Source: Podarcis erhardii (taxonomy: Eukaryota). Taken from it: DNA of 64,000 nt. The translations under genes and the position numbers were made by a program. A model generated the notes under the pieces. That model had not been told where the DNA came from, did not search any database, and saw only the letters and a program-made list of their open reading frames with translations. This document shows, one piece after another, positions 1 to 14,318 of this stretch. Location of the stretch: NCBI GenBank assembly GCA_964252035.1, contig CAXUOO010000025.1; one strand, given 5' to 3'. Every line of letters begins with the position of its first letter. Positions within the stretch are counted from its first letter, which is position 1.

Positions 1-364
1 GTTCGCCCCCCTGTTCTCTCGCTCTTTCCGACAGCTTCAGATGGCTGCTGGCAGCTTTTACCACGCTGCTCTCTGTGCTGTCGCTTACACCTGCTTGGCT
101 GCTTTTGCTGCTGTGGCTTTCTCGCTGTTGCTGCGCTGTTCTGCTGGCGTCTTCGTCGCAGCTGCTGCCGTCTGGACTGTCTGCTTGGCTTTTCTGACTG
201 GGGGCACTCTGCTCAGGGCTGCGGGTTTGATGCTCTTCTTCAGTCCTGAAAAAGGCACTCTCTTTTCTCTCGAAGCCCTTTCTTCGCTCTTCGTAAGCGT
301 CTGAAAAAGTCTCAGACAAAGTCGTGGGGCTGCGAACGGCTCTCTCGTGCTCTGCTTTCTCCAT
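1..364 (-). CDS. 5' end of an unknown gene (S/E/Q-rich low-complexity N-terminus), running off the left edge
   Basis: ATG at 364 (first ATG after an in-frame upstream TAG) opens a stop-free frame to base 1: MEKAEHERAVRSPTTLSETFSDAYEERRRASREK...SERAREQGGE. It is absent from the ORF track because there is no stop in the window. No domain recognised. Confidence 0.5.
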   Translation of the reverse strand, partial: MEKAEHERAVRSPTTLSETFSDAYEERRKGFERKESAFFRTEEEHQTRSPEQSAPSQKSQADSPDGSSCDEDASRTAQQQRESHSSKSSQAGVSDSTESSVVKAASSHLKLSERAREQGGE

Positions 365-2296
365 CAAGTGCAGTGTGTGTGTTTTGAAAAGGGCACTGGA
401 ATTCGGTGAAGAAGCAGCAACTCGAGGAGGACACACTGCGTTCCTGAGGTTCAAGGCACTCTACTCAGCAAATAATGAGATCGTATCGCGGAACACGTAG
501 AAAGTGGAACGCAGTCGTCTGCTGCACGTCACTCTTGCTCTCAGAGTGACGAATTCTACAACAGTGTGTACATGTGTGTGAGAGTTGTGCTGCTTAAAAA
601 GAACTATTTTGACGTGGTATGGATGTGGTGGAGGGGGTTGGGAGTTACAGAGGTTAGGGTCAAAAACACCGTTTGCTGCGAAGAAGTAGGGTTCGCCTTC
701 TTCTCACCAAATGTTTCTCTTTCGGGAAAAGTTTCTCTTTCTATTCAAGGAGGCCTCTGCATAGTTCGAATAGTAGATAGTTCACAACAAACTACGTAGT
801 TGCATCATATCTTCCTGCAGAAGTCACACGGCCAAAAGCAGCCACAGTCAGGAAAGTCGCTCTGTCCTCTAGGTAGAAAAAAGTAGAAAAACTCTTCCCT
901 TCTTTTTTGTGGAAGATAAAGAATGCTCAAATATTCACGGCTCGAGTGTAATCATCATAACGTCTGGCATACACGTATGTGTTCATGTGATTATAAACTG
1001 CACTCGTGGAACGAAAATATTCTCGAAAGTTTTCTTTTTCTCATCTCTGACAGCCAGAGGTATGATTCTATGGATATACAGATGAATATCTATGCATACA
1101 TGTATGCAGCGTATATATCTTCCATGTCTGTGTACTCTCAAAGACCTTGAATTAAAAAGGATCGACTGAAATCGTTTACGCGCATACATATATACATATA
1201 CATACTTATATGTGCGTCGGTAGAATTCTTTTACTACGCTACGCATCTGTAAGCTTACGACAAAATCTGGTACTTCATCATAAGTGCAGATGCATACGTG
1301 TACGCAAGTTCATGATTCACTCCTGCTGCGCAGAATAAGGTTAGAGGTATCTGCTACTAACGCTTCTACGACTCATACTATACACAAATGACGTCTAGGA
1401 CACTTCATTTACTTCCTCTCATTCGCTTTCTCTCTCTTTCTTCATATAAATATATCAATATATCTATATATATAGGTTTATATGTATTTATATAGGTGTA
1501 TGTGTACATTTGTCTGTTGCTTTGCTCTCTTGTGTGCATAGAGATGTGAAATGTGGCCTGCTTTCCAGCACTGCAATTCCACGCTTACTTACTAGCCTCC
1601 GTTATACATAAAACTACACATAAAGAGTTGCTAGGATGCGTCTACTGTTATATATATGCAATACAGAACAGAATAAGATATCCAGCTCACACTTCAAACG
1701 CAAACTTGTTTGACACATATATATGCATATACACCGGAAAGTGTAATTATGGAGTGTGAGCTAAAGGTATGACAATATATATGTATCAGAGCTAAGCTGT
1801 GCTTTTTGGTTATTCCTGCTTTTTCAAACCATTTCTTATAATGTCTGCTTGCTCAATCACGCACTCCACATATACATATACCATATGTATGTAGCTGGGA
1901 CTGCTAATCTGCAACTACAATGCAGTCGTCATTACACCACACACAATCAATAGTCAATATACATATATATATATATATATGTGGTATCAGATGTATAAAG
2001 GTTTATCTCTATTGTAGTACAGATTCACATATATGCATACTGTTCTCTCTATGTAAGTAAATACATATGTATCTCACATATATGTATATTTAAAGTGTTT
2101 TTGGCTAGCGTCTGACGAGCCGCGTCGTTACTAATTGTTCCTCTCAAACATATAGAAGCATATAACAGTGCTGTTTGAGCTTCTAAATGGCCATGCGTTG
2201 CAGCTGAATCTGCTATTTTTTTCATGTGCATGCATGTATCTGCATTGTTCCTGCTGTTGTGAGATTGCTGATGTGTGCATATATATGTGATTACAG

Positions 2297-2939
2297 GTTG
2301 GAATCGTACTGCTTGTGTTTGGAGTTTTAGCAGTGGCTTTCCTCTTCACCGCAAGACATGCCATTTGGAAATCTATTCGAGTCATTGAGTGTGCTGGAGA
2401 CGCTATCTTTGACATGTTGAATCTTTTTGTAGCGCCAGCCATATTTTCAGCTTGTACGTGAAATTATGTTCAGATATTCACGCTATCTTTGACATGATGT
2501 TGAATCTGTTTATAGCGCCAGCCATAATTTCAGCTTGTACGTGAAATTATGTCCAGATCCATGTGTGTGTCTCTAATAAGTCAACTCATCCAAAACTCCT
2601 GTCTCTATACGCCAAAACTTGGGTAAACCAATATTCACACACATATATACATATGTATATTTGTTTTTTATTTATCTGTATATCTGTGATTATACTGAAT
2701 CTCTTCAATGTTCTCACATATATATAGTCTTATATGTCATTGAGTCAGTGTGAACACATGTGGAACAAGTTTCTGGCAGCACTTTCATGTGCTTTATGTG
2801 CAAGAAACTGTACATACGCATATATATCCTATTTGTATGTGTATATATGTATCCGATCTTTTTTTATAGCAGCAGACCTGTCCCCTCCTTAAATATGAAT
2901 ATATGCGCATATATAGACGAGTTTCTTGTGTGTATACAA

Positions 2940-2971
<32 letters not shown>

Positions 2972-4929
2972 GTGTACGTCTGTCAGTGTGTACCAAATGT
3001 AAAAGTTTGTGCATTTGTGTATAGCATCTTTGTTGCTCGTAGGTGAAGATTTTTTTTTTTTTGAAATCACAACCTAATGTAGTGGGGACTTAAGCGTAAA
3101 TTTTGTAAGGTATTTGCTGCATATAAGTGACGAGTCCTATATCTAGCGCCTTGTACGGGTATGAACAGTGTTACATTCTACGTGAAAACACAATTATAGA
3201 CACTCCGTTGTGTACGGACAAATAAGGTCAGCTATTTGTGTACGTATACGTTTTTTTGCAATTCCCATAGAACTTTGTGTGAAAAATTTCTTTGTTGTGC
3301 ACTGAAACTTTGCTGCTCTTCTTGTCTTGGATTTGTTTGCGTTGCAGGCACTGTGGCTTGGTATTGGCTTTGGTTGTATATCTACACGTACATCTTATCT
3401 GCAGGCACTCTAGATAAAACAGAGGTAACAACTCTTCTCTTGCTTTCAATCATTCACATACTTACGTGTCCAAACATGCACCAATGTACATTATATATAT
3501 ATATATATATCGTATATTTTTTGTAACTGGGTGCAGATATATATATATATATATATAGTTCAGGTGAGATTGTAGCAGCCTGAATATCTTCCTTGATCGC
3601 TCTCTTCTCCATTCCTTCTTTACCCGTGTATGAATTCTATGTATTTCATTTATAATGATATATATATATATGTGCGAGTGCTTGTCAGGAGAATTTGTCT
3701 GTATATAGGAGAGTGTTAGTATGTGGGAGTGTATTTGCTAGGGGAATGCTAGACTGCGTGCTATTGGCTGTCGAAGTGGCTTCTTTTGCAAGTCGAATAC
3801 ACTGAGCCCATTCTCCTGCAGCTGTGCCCACATATGTACATGAATGCATGTGCTTTTGTCTGTATAGGAGGTATTTTTGTATGAGTGAATCTGAACAAGC
3901 TTTCACGTACACAGTTGGGCGGCAACTGCTGCGATCGAACCGGTACACGCGTAGTTCCGAGATGACTGATGTGTCTGATTGCTATAAGAAAGTAGAGAAA
4001 TTAAAAAGGTCTCTTTTTTGTGTGGATCCAACAGAAAGAAGAAACGTGCACCCATATATATTTTTGATGCTCTCAACAGCGGCGATCTCAATCTCGCTCC
4101 ACCAACACACACGGAGTGCATGCACGTGTCAATTCTGGTCCTGAAACGAAGTCGACAGACCTCGGTGTTGCTACACTTGACACTTGACATCTCGAGATAT
4201 CGTATTGCATCGGTGTACACGTCTCTCTGAGTGTATGTGTAGCTGCCTGCTTTTTTCTCTGAATCACACATTTCCCTTGTGAGCAACAGACAGACACGAG
4301 TTTCACACTCGCCAACATATACTGTGGTAGTTTCTAGTTTTTTCGGTTCTTCTGCGTTCTTTGCAGATTCCCTTCAACTTAGACGCGAACGGAGACGTGA
4401 GTGTGTTGCCGCTGCATCGCTCGCTAGTGTGGGACGGGCGCTTCGCCTTCGCCAGTGTGTTTTGGTGGATTTCTCTGGTCTTTTTCACTCATTTTTTCAC
4501 CGCTTTTTCGCAGTTTCTGCTCTCCTACGGAGCCACTGTCTGGTACTTCTCTCCGCACAGCTCCGCAACGAGCTCCACGACCGCCACCAACACCTTGTTC
4601 GTGGCCCTTCAAACTGCACTCGTGCACCACACTGGCAGTTTCGCTGCTGCAGCTGCAGTGGCTTTCTTTGCCACTCCGCTTCAGCTGCTTTGCTGCGCCT
4701 GTCCGACAGCCCTTCTTCACTCGGCGCCTTCTTCTTCGCTGTTTGCTGCACTTTTTCAGGCCTGTCGTAAGTAGTCCTTGAACCCTCCTTGACTGAATTC
4801 CACTCAAAAAAAACGTGAAAATGTGCAAGAACTGGCTCACACAGCAGCACCTTACTGCACTTCTTTTGCACTTGGCGCAGCTTGTGCACCATTATCCAAA
4901 GTGTCGTGTATATCGTTGCTCTCTTCACC

Positions 4930-4974
<45 letters not shown>

Positions 4975-5879
4975 GGGTGCCTGTAGGGCAGTGGATTGCT
5001 GCAGACGTAGCTCTGTTCTGTATACATATATATATATATTATATATATATATATGTATTGGGGGTGCCAGTACTGCAGTGGTGCTGCAGCAGCAGCTATT
5101 TTTATTGGGTTTTAAGCAGAACATGTAAAAGAGCTTTGTAGCGCGTGAAAGAGACGTTTCAAACTAGTGACTGGTTTGCATAGTGGATCTGCAAAAACGG
5201 TAAGATATTGAGGTATATTGCTTGCAGCAGTACAACTGCGGCTTCAGGAGAAGGCGTTCTACGTTTGCAGTTTTAGCATCACACTAGCCTGTAGTAGCTT
5301 TGCAGCATCATAGCACCATGCGCTCTTTTCTTCAGCAGAAAAGTCGCTTTGGTTCCTGCTTTCAGCTGTTACAGTCCTTTCGGGCTCGCAACTGCCCCAT
5401 TTGGCTCAATGCAAGTCTCCTTTTTTCAAGCACCCTACTCAAAATTGACATTAAAGAAACACTCCCCTTCCAATATATATATATATATATTTATATTTGT
5501 GTGAAGATGCAGAGAAGCAAGTGCAACAACAGCAGTAGTAGCACGAGTATTCTGATAAGTTTTCTGCTTGCTTGTTGTTGATCTGCTTGATGGGCTCACA
5601 TGACGCTACTGTACAGCAGCAGTAGTAGTAGGAACAGTAGTAGTACAAGTGAGCTAGTAAAAATATGCAGGAACACTTAGAAAAGCAGTGCATATTTTTT
5701 GGTGTGTAAGAAGTCAAGGCTTCTACTACTCAGACACCATCGAAACTCTCTTGCAGTTCAGCTATTCTTTCGGTTAGAGGAAGCAACAAAATAACAACCA
5801 TGCTGCATTGCTCATGTCTATGATAAGTGTTGTCTTTGTGTTAGCTAGAGCCCGCACATACCCAAACAACCATATATAC

Positions 5880-5917
<38 letters not shown>

Positions 5918-6444
5918 TGATTGATTGATTGGTGTAGATGGAATTGACTTGCATGTGTTTTTCCAAACAAAGTTGCTCGGTAGTTTATTTTTGGAGATCT
6001 CATCAGTCTAGCTTTCACTGACACATTGATTTCCGCTAGCTTTGATTGATTAGGATCGGAATTCGTAGCTAGTGCGTTTTGTGTGTGGCTTTCTCCTGTC
6101 TACATGCTGTTGTGAGTTTCAACAAACAATATGTATTGTACCCGTCTTTTTTCGAATCTTAGGTTCAATATTGAACTCGAAGCCACGTAATGCATGTTTC
6201 CCTGAGCTTTATTCAAAAACAGAGAGTTGGCGTTTATCCCAATCACTGCGACAATCATATTGATTGATTAACCGGAGTTTCACCTTTTCTTCTGTGTTGT
6301 CCTGTATATAAATTGGAGTTTCTCTTCTATGTCTTGCGTGCTACCAGTCTGTACAAGAAAATGTGTATCTGTAAATTTATATCTGTTTTCGTGGCAATTT
6401 ATACGAGAAACGAATTCTCACACTGTATAGAGAGAGACGTTATG

Positions 6445-6495
<51 letters not shown>

Positions 6496-7366
6496 ATATG
6501 TGGAATTGGGAGCCATACTCAGAAAGGTGCAGAAATACCATTTCTACAAGTATATCTCTGTTTGGTGATCACTGAAGTCACATAATTGTAGAACTATAGG
6601 GAGGAAGCTGTTGTTTCAACTTTATATTATTTCTGAATTTCATCTCGTCACGTTCACAAAAAAGGCGCAAATGTAGACAACTTCCTCTCTACATAAATAT
6701 ATATTTACATAGGTGAATATGTTCCGTTAAGCGCGTGTGTGTACATATGAATGTGTACGTAATAATATATATGCCCTTAAAACAGAAACACGCATATATG
6801 TATTAGTAGGTGCAAGGCGCATAAATTCAGAAAAACACATATATGTTTGACCCTCTGCGTCACAACCGTCTATTTAAAAAGCAACAACGTTCAAAACTCG
6901 TGCATATACAGCAAGGTATAAAACAAAGAAGAAGTCCTTCTACGTATATACAGGAATGATTAACTCTCATCTGCTGTGTAGACATATATGTATGACCTAC
7001 ATTCTATAGGTTCATATGTGCTGGATTTCTATGTTTTCTGCGTTTGACTTGATATGGAACTAACCAATGAAATCAACAAACTCCTATAAAAGAAAAAATA
7101 GTAATTGCTGCTACAAATGATGGTATGTTTGCTGTTTCGATATGCAGAAAATGTTCTGCAGCCCTTGACTGCTGTTGTGGGTCGCTTCAATTCCTCTGGA
7201 TTTGTTGAGGTAATCAATACATACACAAGCTTTTGCCTAGTTAAAAGAATAAATACGAATACATATATATAACCTCTTCTACATATGTGTGTGCTCATGT
7301 ATGTGCATATATACATACGAATATATATATACATATATATTTTCTCTATGTACGTATAGGCCAATC

Positions 7367-7407
<41 letters not shown>

Positions 7408-7911
7408 TATGGCTACAATGTGCCCAATTACATATTCTCATATAGATGATATTATGTGTATGTATGCCCCACCATATATATATGTGTATATATATATATA
7501 TATGTATACACGTTATAGAAGAACTTTGCGTGACTTCCAATTATATGTATATATGTATATATATATCTCATCTGTTTATGCAGATGTACACGTCAAAATA
7601 CGTATTTATGTGCTCATGTTTATACATATGGACGTATACGTATTCATATAGTTGAATAGATTATGCACAACGGTGAAATTTGCTGGGTGAGTGCTGCTAT
7701 TGAGAAGACTTTTTCCAAACGATTCTGCTGAGACACCACACAGTTTTCCATCTCTCTTCAGCTAGTAGCTGTCTGTGGACATATAAATTTTTTCTGTTTA
7801 TTTTTGGTGTACATATCAATACTATATACACATATACAACGTAGGTATAAATAACGACGGGGCTAAAACTTGTAGAGTTCGTCATCGAGTAATAGTAAGC
7901 ATACCGATCCC

Positions 7912-7954
<43 letters not shown>

Positions 7955-8029
7955 TACGTAGAAGTTTAATTGAATAGTCTGTATCGGTTTTTGCAAAATT
8001 CTTAAGTCATATCTAAACGTAGACAAATA

Positions 8030-8080
<51 letters not shown>

Positions 8081-8346
8081 TATATATATATATATATATG
8101 CGTGAGTGATTAATATTTGTGCTTGCGGGTTACTCGAATAAGAGCTTTTGCTATTAGGTTGAAAATCACTTGTTGGTCATTCAACAAATTTGCGTCGATT
8201 CATTCACCTAACTCTGTATATAATATATATGGGTAAGGGATTATACGTAGACCAATATACATTACAATTGATGTATTTATTTCCTGTATAGATCTTTCTG
8301 TATACATTCGGAAACACGGCACTGAATCCTCGTAGTTTGAGAGTCG

Positions 8347-8377
<31 letters not shown>

Positions 8378-11364
8378 TATATATATATATGTGTAAAGTC
8401 GTGTATTTATACGAATACACGTCTATATGAAAATACTGGTGGTTTTGTGGTTGCAGATGGCAATAACTTCAAAGCCTTTTTTTCCTTCAATGGATCGCGC
8501 TAACTATCGCCTAACTGCTTCGACTTCTCCTGCTGCTTCCCTGCACGGAGTGCGTCAGCGCTTCACTCCATTCGTAAAAGCAATACTCAAAAAGCTTTGC
8601 TGTATAACACATATGGATCTATATTCTACATATGTACATATATATAGATTTGTGAGTAGATCTGTATTTTCATGTACCTTGTTTAACTGCACGTACAAGT
8701 ATCTGGATGCTTTCAAATTTGAATTCGCTGCTGTGCTCACAACCCACGTCAGCTAAATTACAAACGTTAATACACACATACATTCTTGCATATATATATA
8801 TGTACATATACTCAAATTGATATATATTAATATGTGTATATATATATGAGGAACCCAATAAACAAGCTCACAAATATAAATATATATATATTTTATATTA
8901 AAGTGTCGGATCCTCTTATTTCATACTGTTTTTAGTGGAATGGCATCTAGAGAAGTTTCAGCAGATACAATTTGCTGTAGCATTTTAAGGTGATAGTGCA
9001 CAACTATAAAATTTACATGGGATTTTGACAGCTTGTTTGCGGCACAGCAAAGACTAGCTCCTACATCTCTTTGTACTGTATCCAATCTGCTGCTGTAAGG
9101 GGTTTTTTAAATTCCCATTTTTATATGACGATTTGTCACATGTATTTGGTATACAGATGAGTGGACGTGTATGCAGGTAGAGATTCGTGTCTTAGTGTGG
9201 ATGTATAACATCCAGATGTATATATATATATATTTTTTATTTTACTTTTCACGAAAACGTTGTTTAGTATTCCTCTAATAGAGACATGTATATGCACATG
9301 TGTTTAACCATAAACATTAATTCGTCTGTTTACATATATATATATATATATATTAAATCAAGTGTATGCCGCGACTATACGTATACTTTCTATACATTTG
9401 ATGACATTTACGTTGTTTTTCTGACCCTATCATGTGTGTATTCATATGCACTTATTCGTAGTCTGTATATGAGAGAGAGGACTCAGTGCATGTCGAAGAT
9501 TACAATCATTTATACGCATCTTTCCAAGTATGTACTGCTGTCTGTGTCTAACAATACCCATGTACACTCCTTCCTTTGTATAGGATCATATAGGCAGAAT
9601 GTTCAAGTGTATGTCGTAGGCCTACTTGTATACTTAGAGATATGTACGCTTGTGGTTTTATCTCTGTGTGTGTGTGGAATTTTATACATATTTACATGTA
9701 CACTTTTTCGCAAGAGTTGCAACAGTTCAGCCTACACACAGAGCCATAGAAGAACGTCTTTTTCAGTCCTTGTTTCTCTACATAGAAACCTTCTTCAACT
9801 GTCTGTTTAACTCAGCTGCTTCCCTTAGTCGTTCTCTTCTTTATAAATGAATATCTTGTATACATGGTTAGGAGACTGGTATGCATGTATGTTTCTCTGC
9901 ATATTCAAGAGATTCAAAATTTTGAAGACTTTTAATTTAGCGGTTTGCAAGAAAAGCTGGTATAAACTAGTCTGTCTTTTCATTTTCTAGATGTCTATAC
10001 ATTCGCATGATCGTATATAGTTTTATGTAGGTCTTGAGAGTATATAGTTCAGCAGATAAAGCTTGTTCAAAGTGCATACATCTGTCCTACTCACAGATTG
10101 GAACCTTATGTGCGCTAATTGGGACTTCTGCAATCACCTTAACTATTGGGCTTCTCTGTTTCTCGGTAAGTTACATAAAAAATGTCGTGTAAAAACTGCA
10201 TGCACATATATATATATATATATATATATACGTACACGTGTAGTTATGCACGTATGGAGGACCTGAATTCCGCTTGTTGGGTTTTATCCAAAAAACCTTG
10301 CATTCGGTTCATTTTTTCTTGGTAACTTCCACAGCCTATGAAGCACGCAAAGAAAGAAATTCGAACTGACTGACATATATATATTTATATTCATTCATAA
10401 ATGTAAGTCGATTTTGATGATTTAATCTATCCGAGCAGATACACCGTTCCACATCATTTGCGTCTCGCTGGCGAGCAAAGTATGATGCAAGAGATCTGAA
10501 AAATGAAAATTGCATAAAAGCCTATATACAAACATATCGTGTGTGTATCTGTGTGCGAAAATATATATATATATATATATATATGCGTATATGAGTTATG
10601 AAAGCTCCTGTAATGCTAATATACACCTAGTGATGTGCGTCAGCGCAGGCGCAATTCAACGAGCTCTATATATTTTGTTTCAGACTCTACTCAATTTTTA
10701 TCAGGATAAGAATTTGAATTATGGGTCACAACCCGAATCTATTTTTAGACATACATTCGTACGTGTACGCTACTTGTAGGAATGAATTACTATAAGTAAA
10801 GGGGTGTGAATCATGGGTGAGCAGGCATTCACAGCTAGATAGTAAATTACTATCAATTAATTATAACATATATATATATATATAATATTATATCATACTT
10901 AGTGATATTGTATGGATATCTTCCAGTTGCTACAAAGGTGTATCGGCACATGGGAATATGTGAATATATATATATATATATATGTGTAGTTATCGTAGAC
11001 ATTTGTGAATCGAGATATGTCTAGGAGAGCATATTATATGCAAATATATATATATATATATATATAAGTGTATGATGACGTAATTGTATTCTATGTGTGT
11101 CTTGATTTCGCTCGCAGACACTAACCGGGCTGAGGACATACAGCGAGATGACTTCCGCTAATTTTGTGTGTGCTCCCTTAGCAGTTTCTTTGTTCGTGGC
11201 TTCACTTGCTGCCATTATTTCTTATCAATTTCTTTCCGTATGGACAGCAGTAGCAGACGCTTTGTTGTACTGTTCTTTGCTAGAAGTTCCTCAATACCAG
11301 CAGCTACCTTGTAAGTTCTTTCAGACTAGGCAGCTACTTGCTTTACAGAGTGACTGTTTTACTG

Positions 11365-11413
<49 letters not shown>

Positions 11414-11790
11414 CAGATAATTGGTTAGCTAGCTTTTTCAAACGTATACAAGGACATATATCTGCATATGAATCTTTGTTTTATGCTCATTTCGAGAGAA
11501 AGGGAGAGAGGCTGTGTCTTTATATGGCTTTTTGGCTGTATATGAGTGTCTTTATGCTGCCATTATCTGTGGTGATAAGTAGAATATGCACAGCCGTAGT
11601 CGTTTTCATGGTATGTTTACCACGAAGATTCAAAGTGGTCTTAATCGTAGTAGCCAAGGTATTGTAAGCTCAACAGTGCATTTGTTTCTCACCTACAGTC
11701 AAGTCATTAACGTGGACGCATACAATCGATCTACGTAGTTCTTTTGTTGAGCAGTGTATAAGACTCACTTTTGCTGCTTGGATATCATGG

Positions 11791-11833
<43 letters not shown>

Positions 11834-12489
11834 CATATGTTGATGCAGTTTAGTTGAACTCAGTATGAGTAAAGTTATATGTATGTTTGGCTGCGTACTT
11901 GTATGTACGTCTGAAAGTATGCATGTTTTAAAAATATAGGTACTTCTGTAGCGGCGTACGTAGATGAATCCTGGCCTATGCATGTGAAAGTATGTAAAGA
12001 AGGGCTACTTGAAAATTTGTTTGCATACCATAGAAATATGTAAGTGTACGCATCACTTGCGATGGCGTGCGAAAAAATATATATACGCATTGATGGTTCT
12101 GCTCGATGAAGACTATTTGCAAGTATTGGTGCGGCTGTAAACTTTAAAAGTCGAGGAGTGTTTTTTTTGTTGCGGCAGCATATACAACCGCAGCTGCGAC
12201 ATCTTCCGAAAAATGTGTACGCATCTTGCCTTTTTTTTCCGCTCATATGCATTATGTTTGGCTGTTCACATACATATATGTACATGCATATATATATATA
12301 TATATATATATACATTCATGTGTACAATCAAATTTAAGCTATAGTCCACATGCGTGTACCGTCTACCTACGTTTATATATTCGTGTGCATTTATGCGTTG
12401 CAGATGTAGAAGATGAACCAATGGGCAAAGTACATACACCTGTATGTCTGCGAGAGCTTCTTCTCGACGCTCAACAAGGCCTTCTCTAA
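2297..12489 (+). CDS. Choline transporter-like (CTL/SLC44/PNS1 family) multi-pass membrane protein; 8 exons resolved, 5' end unresolved
   Basis: Phase-consistent GT-AG exons 2297-2453, 3348-3424, 4367-4766, 7148-7209, 8457-8549, 10097-10165, 11118-11310, 12404-12489 (1137 nt, 378 aa + stop). Family-like segments in the expected order: FLFTARHAIWKSIRVIECAGDAIFDMLNLFVAP; YILSAG; HHTGSFAAAAAVAFF (cf. YHxGSxAFGSLI); RFNSSGFVEMAITSKPFFPS (cf. NxNAYIxIAIxGKxFCxS); FLSVWTAVADALLYC (cf. FxSVYxxxxDTxxLC). A 30-nt upstream exon at 2023-2052 is possible. Family assignment is from remembered motifs, not a database search. Confidence 0.8.
2400..2558 (+). repeat. Tandem duplication (about 76-79 bp unit) of an exon 3' end plus its splice donor
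   Basis: Copy 1 at 2400-2475 (acgctatctttgacatgttgaatc...cagcttGTACGTgaaattatgttcagat). Copy 2 at 2480-2558 has an extra ATG triplet and a few substitutions. Confidence 0.95.
4931..5089. repeat. Two degenerate copies of a (TA)n-TTGGGGGTGCC...GCAGTGG..GCTGCAG module in an intron
   Basis: Copy 1 at 4931-5004 and copy 2 at 5021-5089. Both begin tatacatata and share ttgggggtgcc (4971-4981, 5058-5068). Confidence 0.8.
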
Positions 12490-13457
12490 CTAAAGAAATA
12501 CAATCCCATAGGATTATTGCTCTCGGACGTCAACAGTGATTTCGCTCATGGATGCAATTAACTCACGCTATACACACATAACTGCAAACATGGATTGAAA
12601 CGGGAAAAATTCTACAAAATTCCGCATATATCACATGAGTTCCAGTGTACGATTTCGTCTATACCCCTATGACTGTTAAAATTGGCTGATTGCTGAGAAA
12701 TTTATTTTAGCTTCGCATCTACCACTAACACCTTATATGCAGCTACTTATGAGATAAATTAAGGATTGCGGAAGAATTATAAAACTGCTAGCTCACCTCT
12801 TTACATGAGCTGCGCTTTGAAGAAGATGACTCAACTACTGCTGAAAAACGTGCAACACGTTCGGTAGTGTCACATTGTTTAACCTCAGCAGCTGTTCAAA
12901 ATCTATTTTCGCCCGCAGATACGCTGATGAACTCTGAGATCCGAGACACTCTAGCTGAATTTCGTAGCGGTGAACGTGTTTGTTCCAACACTCTAAATGG
13001 CATCAGCAATTTGCGACTCAGCAGAAGAATATAGATTTTTCTTTTTTATGCTGAATGCTGAGCAATCAACTGAAGCACGCATCTTTTAAGGCTGAACAAC
13101 ACACACTAACTGAAAGAAACATGAGGGCAACCAAGTGAAAAGCTATAGCCAGTATGCATGTACAACGCTGAGCAATTACTCATGTGGATGCTATCATTCT
13201 TTGTGACTATAGTTCAATGTTTTTCAACAAGTGCTCTAGGGCTGACGAGCAAATTTGCTACTTTGTTTTTCCTGTGACCAGAATCTAGTCTCAGCAGAGA
13301 GAAAAACCGATACAGATATCCCTCAGGAGCTGCTGTTGCTTGTTGCCCTATCGTACCAATTTCAAAAGAGTTATCTACTGAGCTTGATTCATGCAAATAT
13401 GCATCAAGATCATCTCTCCATCGTAGCGTTGTGTCAGAAATCATACTGCTCAAATTC

Positions 13458-13503
<46 letters not shown>

Positions 13504-14016
13504 GTGTATAAACTACAGGGTAATAATCAGATAAGACGGCCTAGCTGCATTTCTTCCTGATAAAATGCCTGTCTCGAGTATTAGAAATAGGGCTTTGTGT
13601 GTTATAATAATTTCTTGAACCCTTCAATTCAATTTGTAATCGAGAATAATTTTACTTAACACTCTTCAAACCAAAATTTTGTTAGGTAAGACAGATTTGA
13701 CAGTGTACTGCGGTGGAAACACGATAATTACCTTTGCGACAAATATAGTCTTTATATGTAAGAAATGTGAAATTTCATCATGCATTGATTTTTCAAAATA
13801 TACCGGTGAAAGTCCAGTTGTTTTTAACACTCCTTTTTTGTGTAGTTGGCTGCTTTGATCTGCTGCTAGCTCCTGCAGCAGCAGAGCAGAGGAACCTCAC
13901 GTCAACAGTACAGTTCCTTACTCAGTAGTGCTATATCTCGTCTTCTACCAATTTGATAGTCGCCCGCTAAAACACATTTGCAGTTAGACGTCGGGAAAAA
14001 AATTACATTTGTATGG

Positions 14017-14073
<57 letters not shown>

Positions 14074-14318
14074 TGTCAAGGCACGCATAACAATATTATC
14101 TCATACAGGCATTGGCAACGTCCGCAAAAAACGTAGATTTTGACAAGCTATCGCTGCATTCCCTGTGTGGGTGGCAAGTTTCTCATATAGTACTCTGCCA
14201 CTGTCATGTTATGCCAGTTTGTTACTCAGCGAGTACCTTCTATTTCCTTTTCAGAATGCGATACTAGTTCTCTACTTCATTAATTTGTGCGTATTCGTTT
14301 GACATGTTTGACATTCTG

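Noticed and set aside
5300-6120. Extra CTL exons at about 5330-5410 or 6055-6112, including a GC-AG donor
   Set aside because: Direct splicing 4766 to 7148 is phase-correct and gives a continuous family-like sequence, so no extra exon is required.
14190-14295. Plus-strand PQ-loop/MPDU1-like fragment (LPLSCYASLL...QNAILVLYF)
   Set aside because: The match is short, has no supporting exons, and is not needed to explain the locus.
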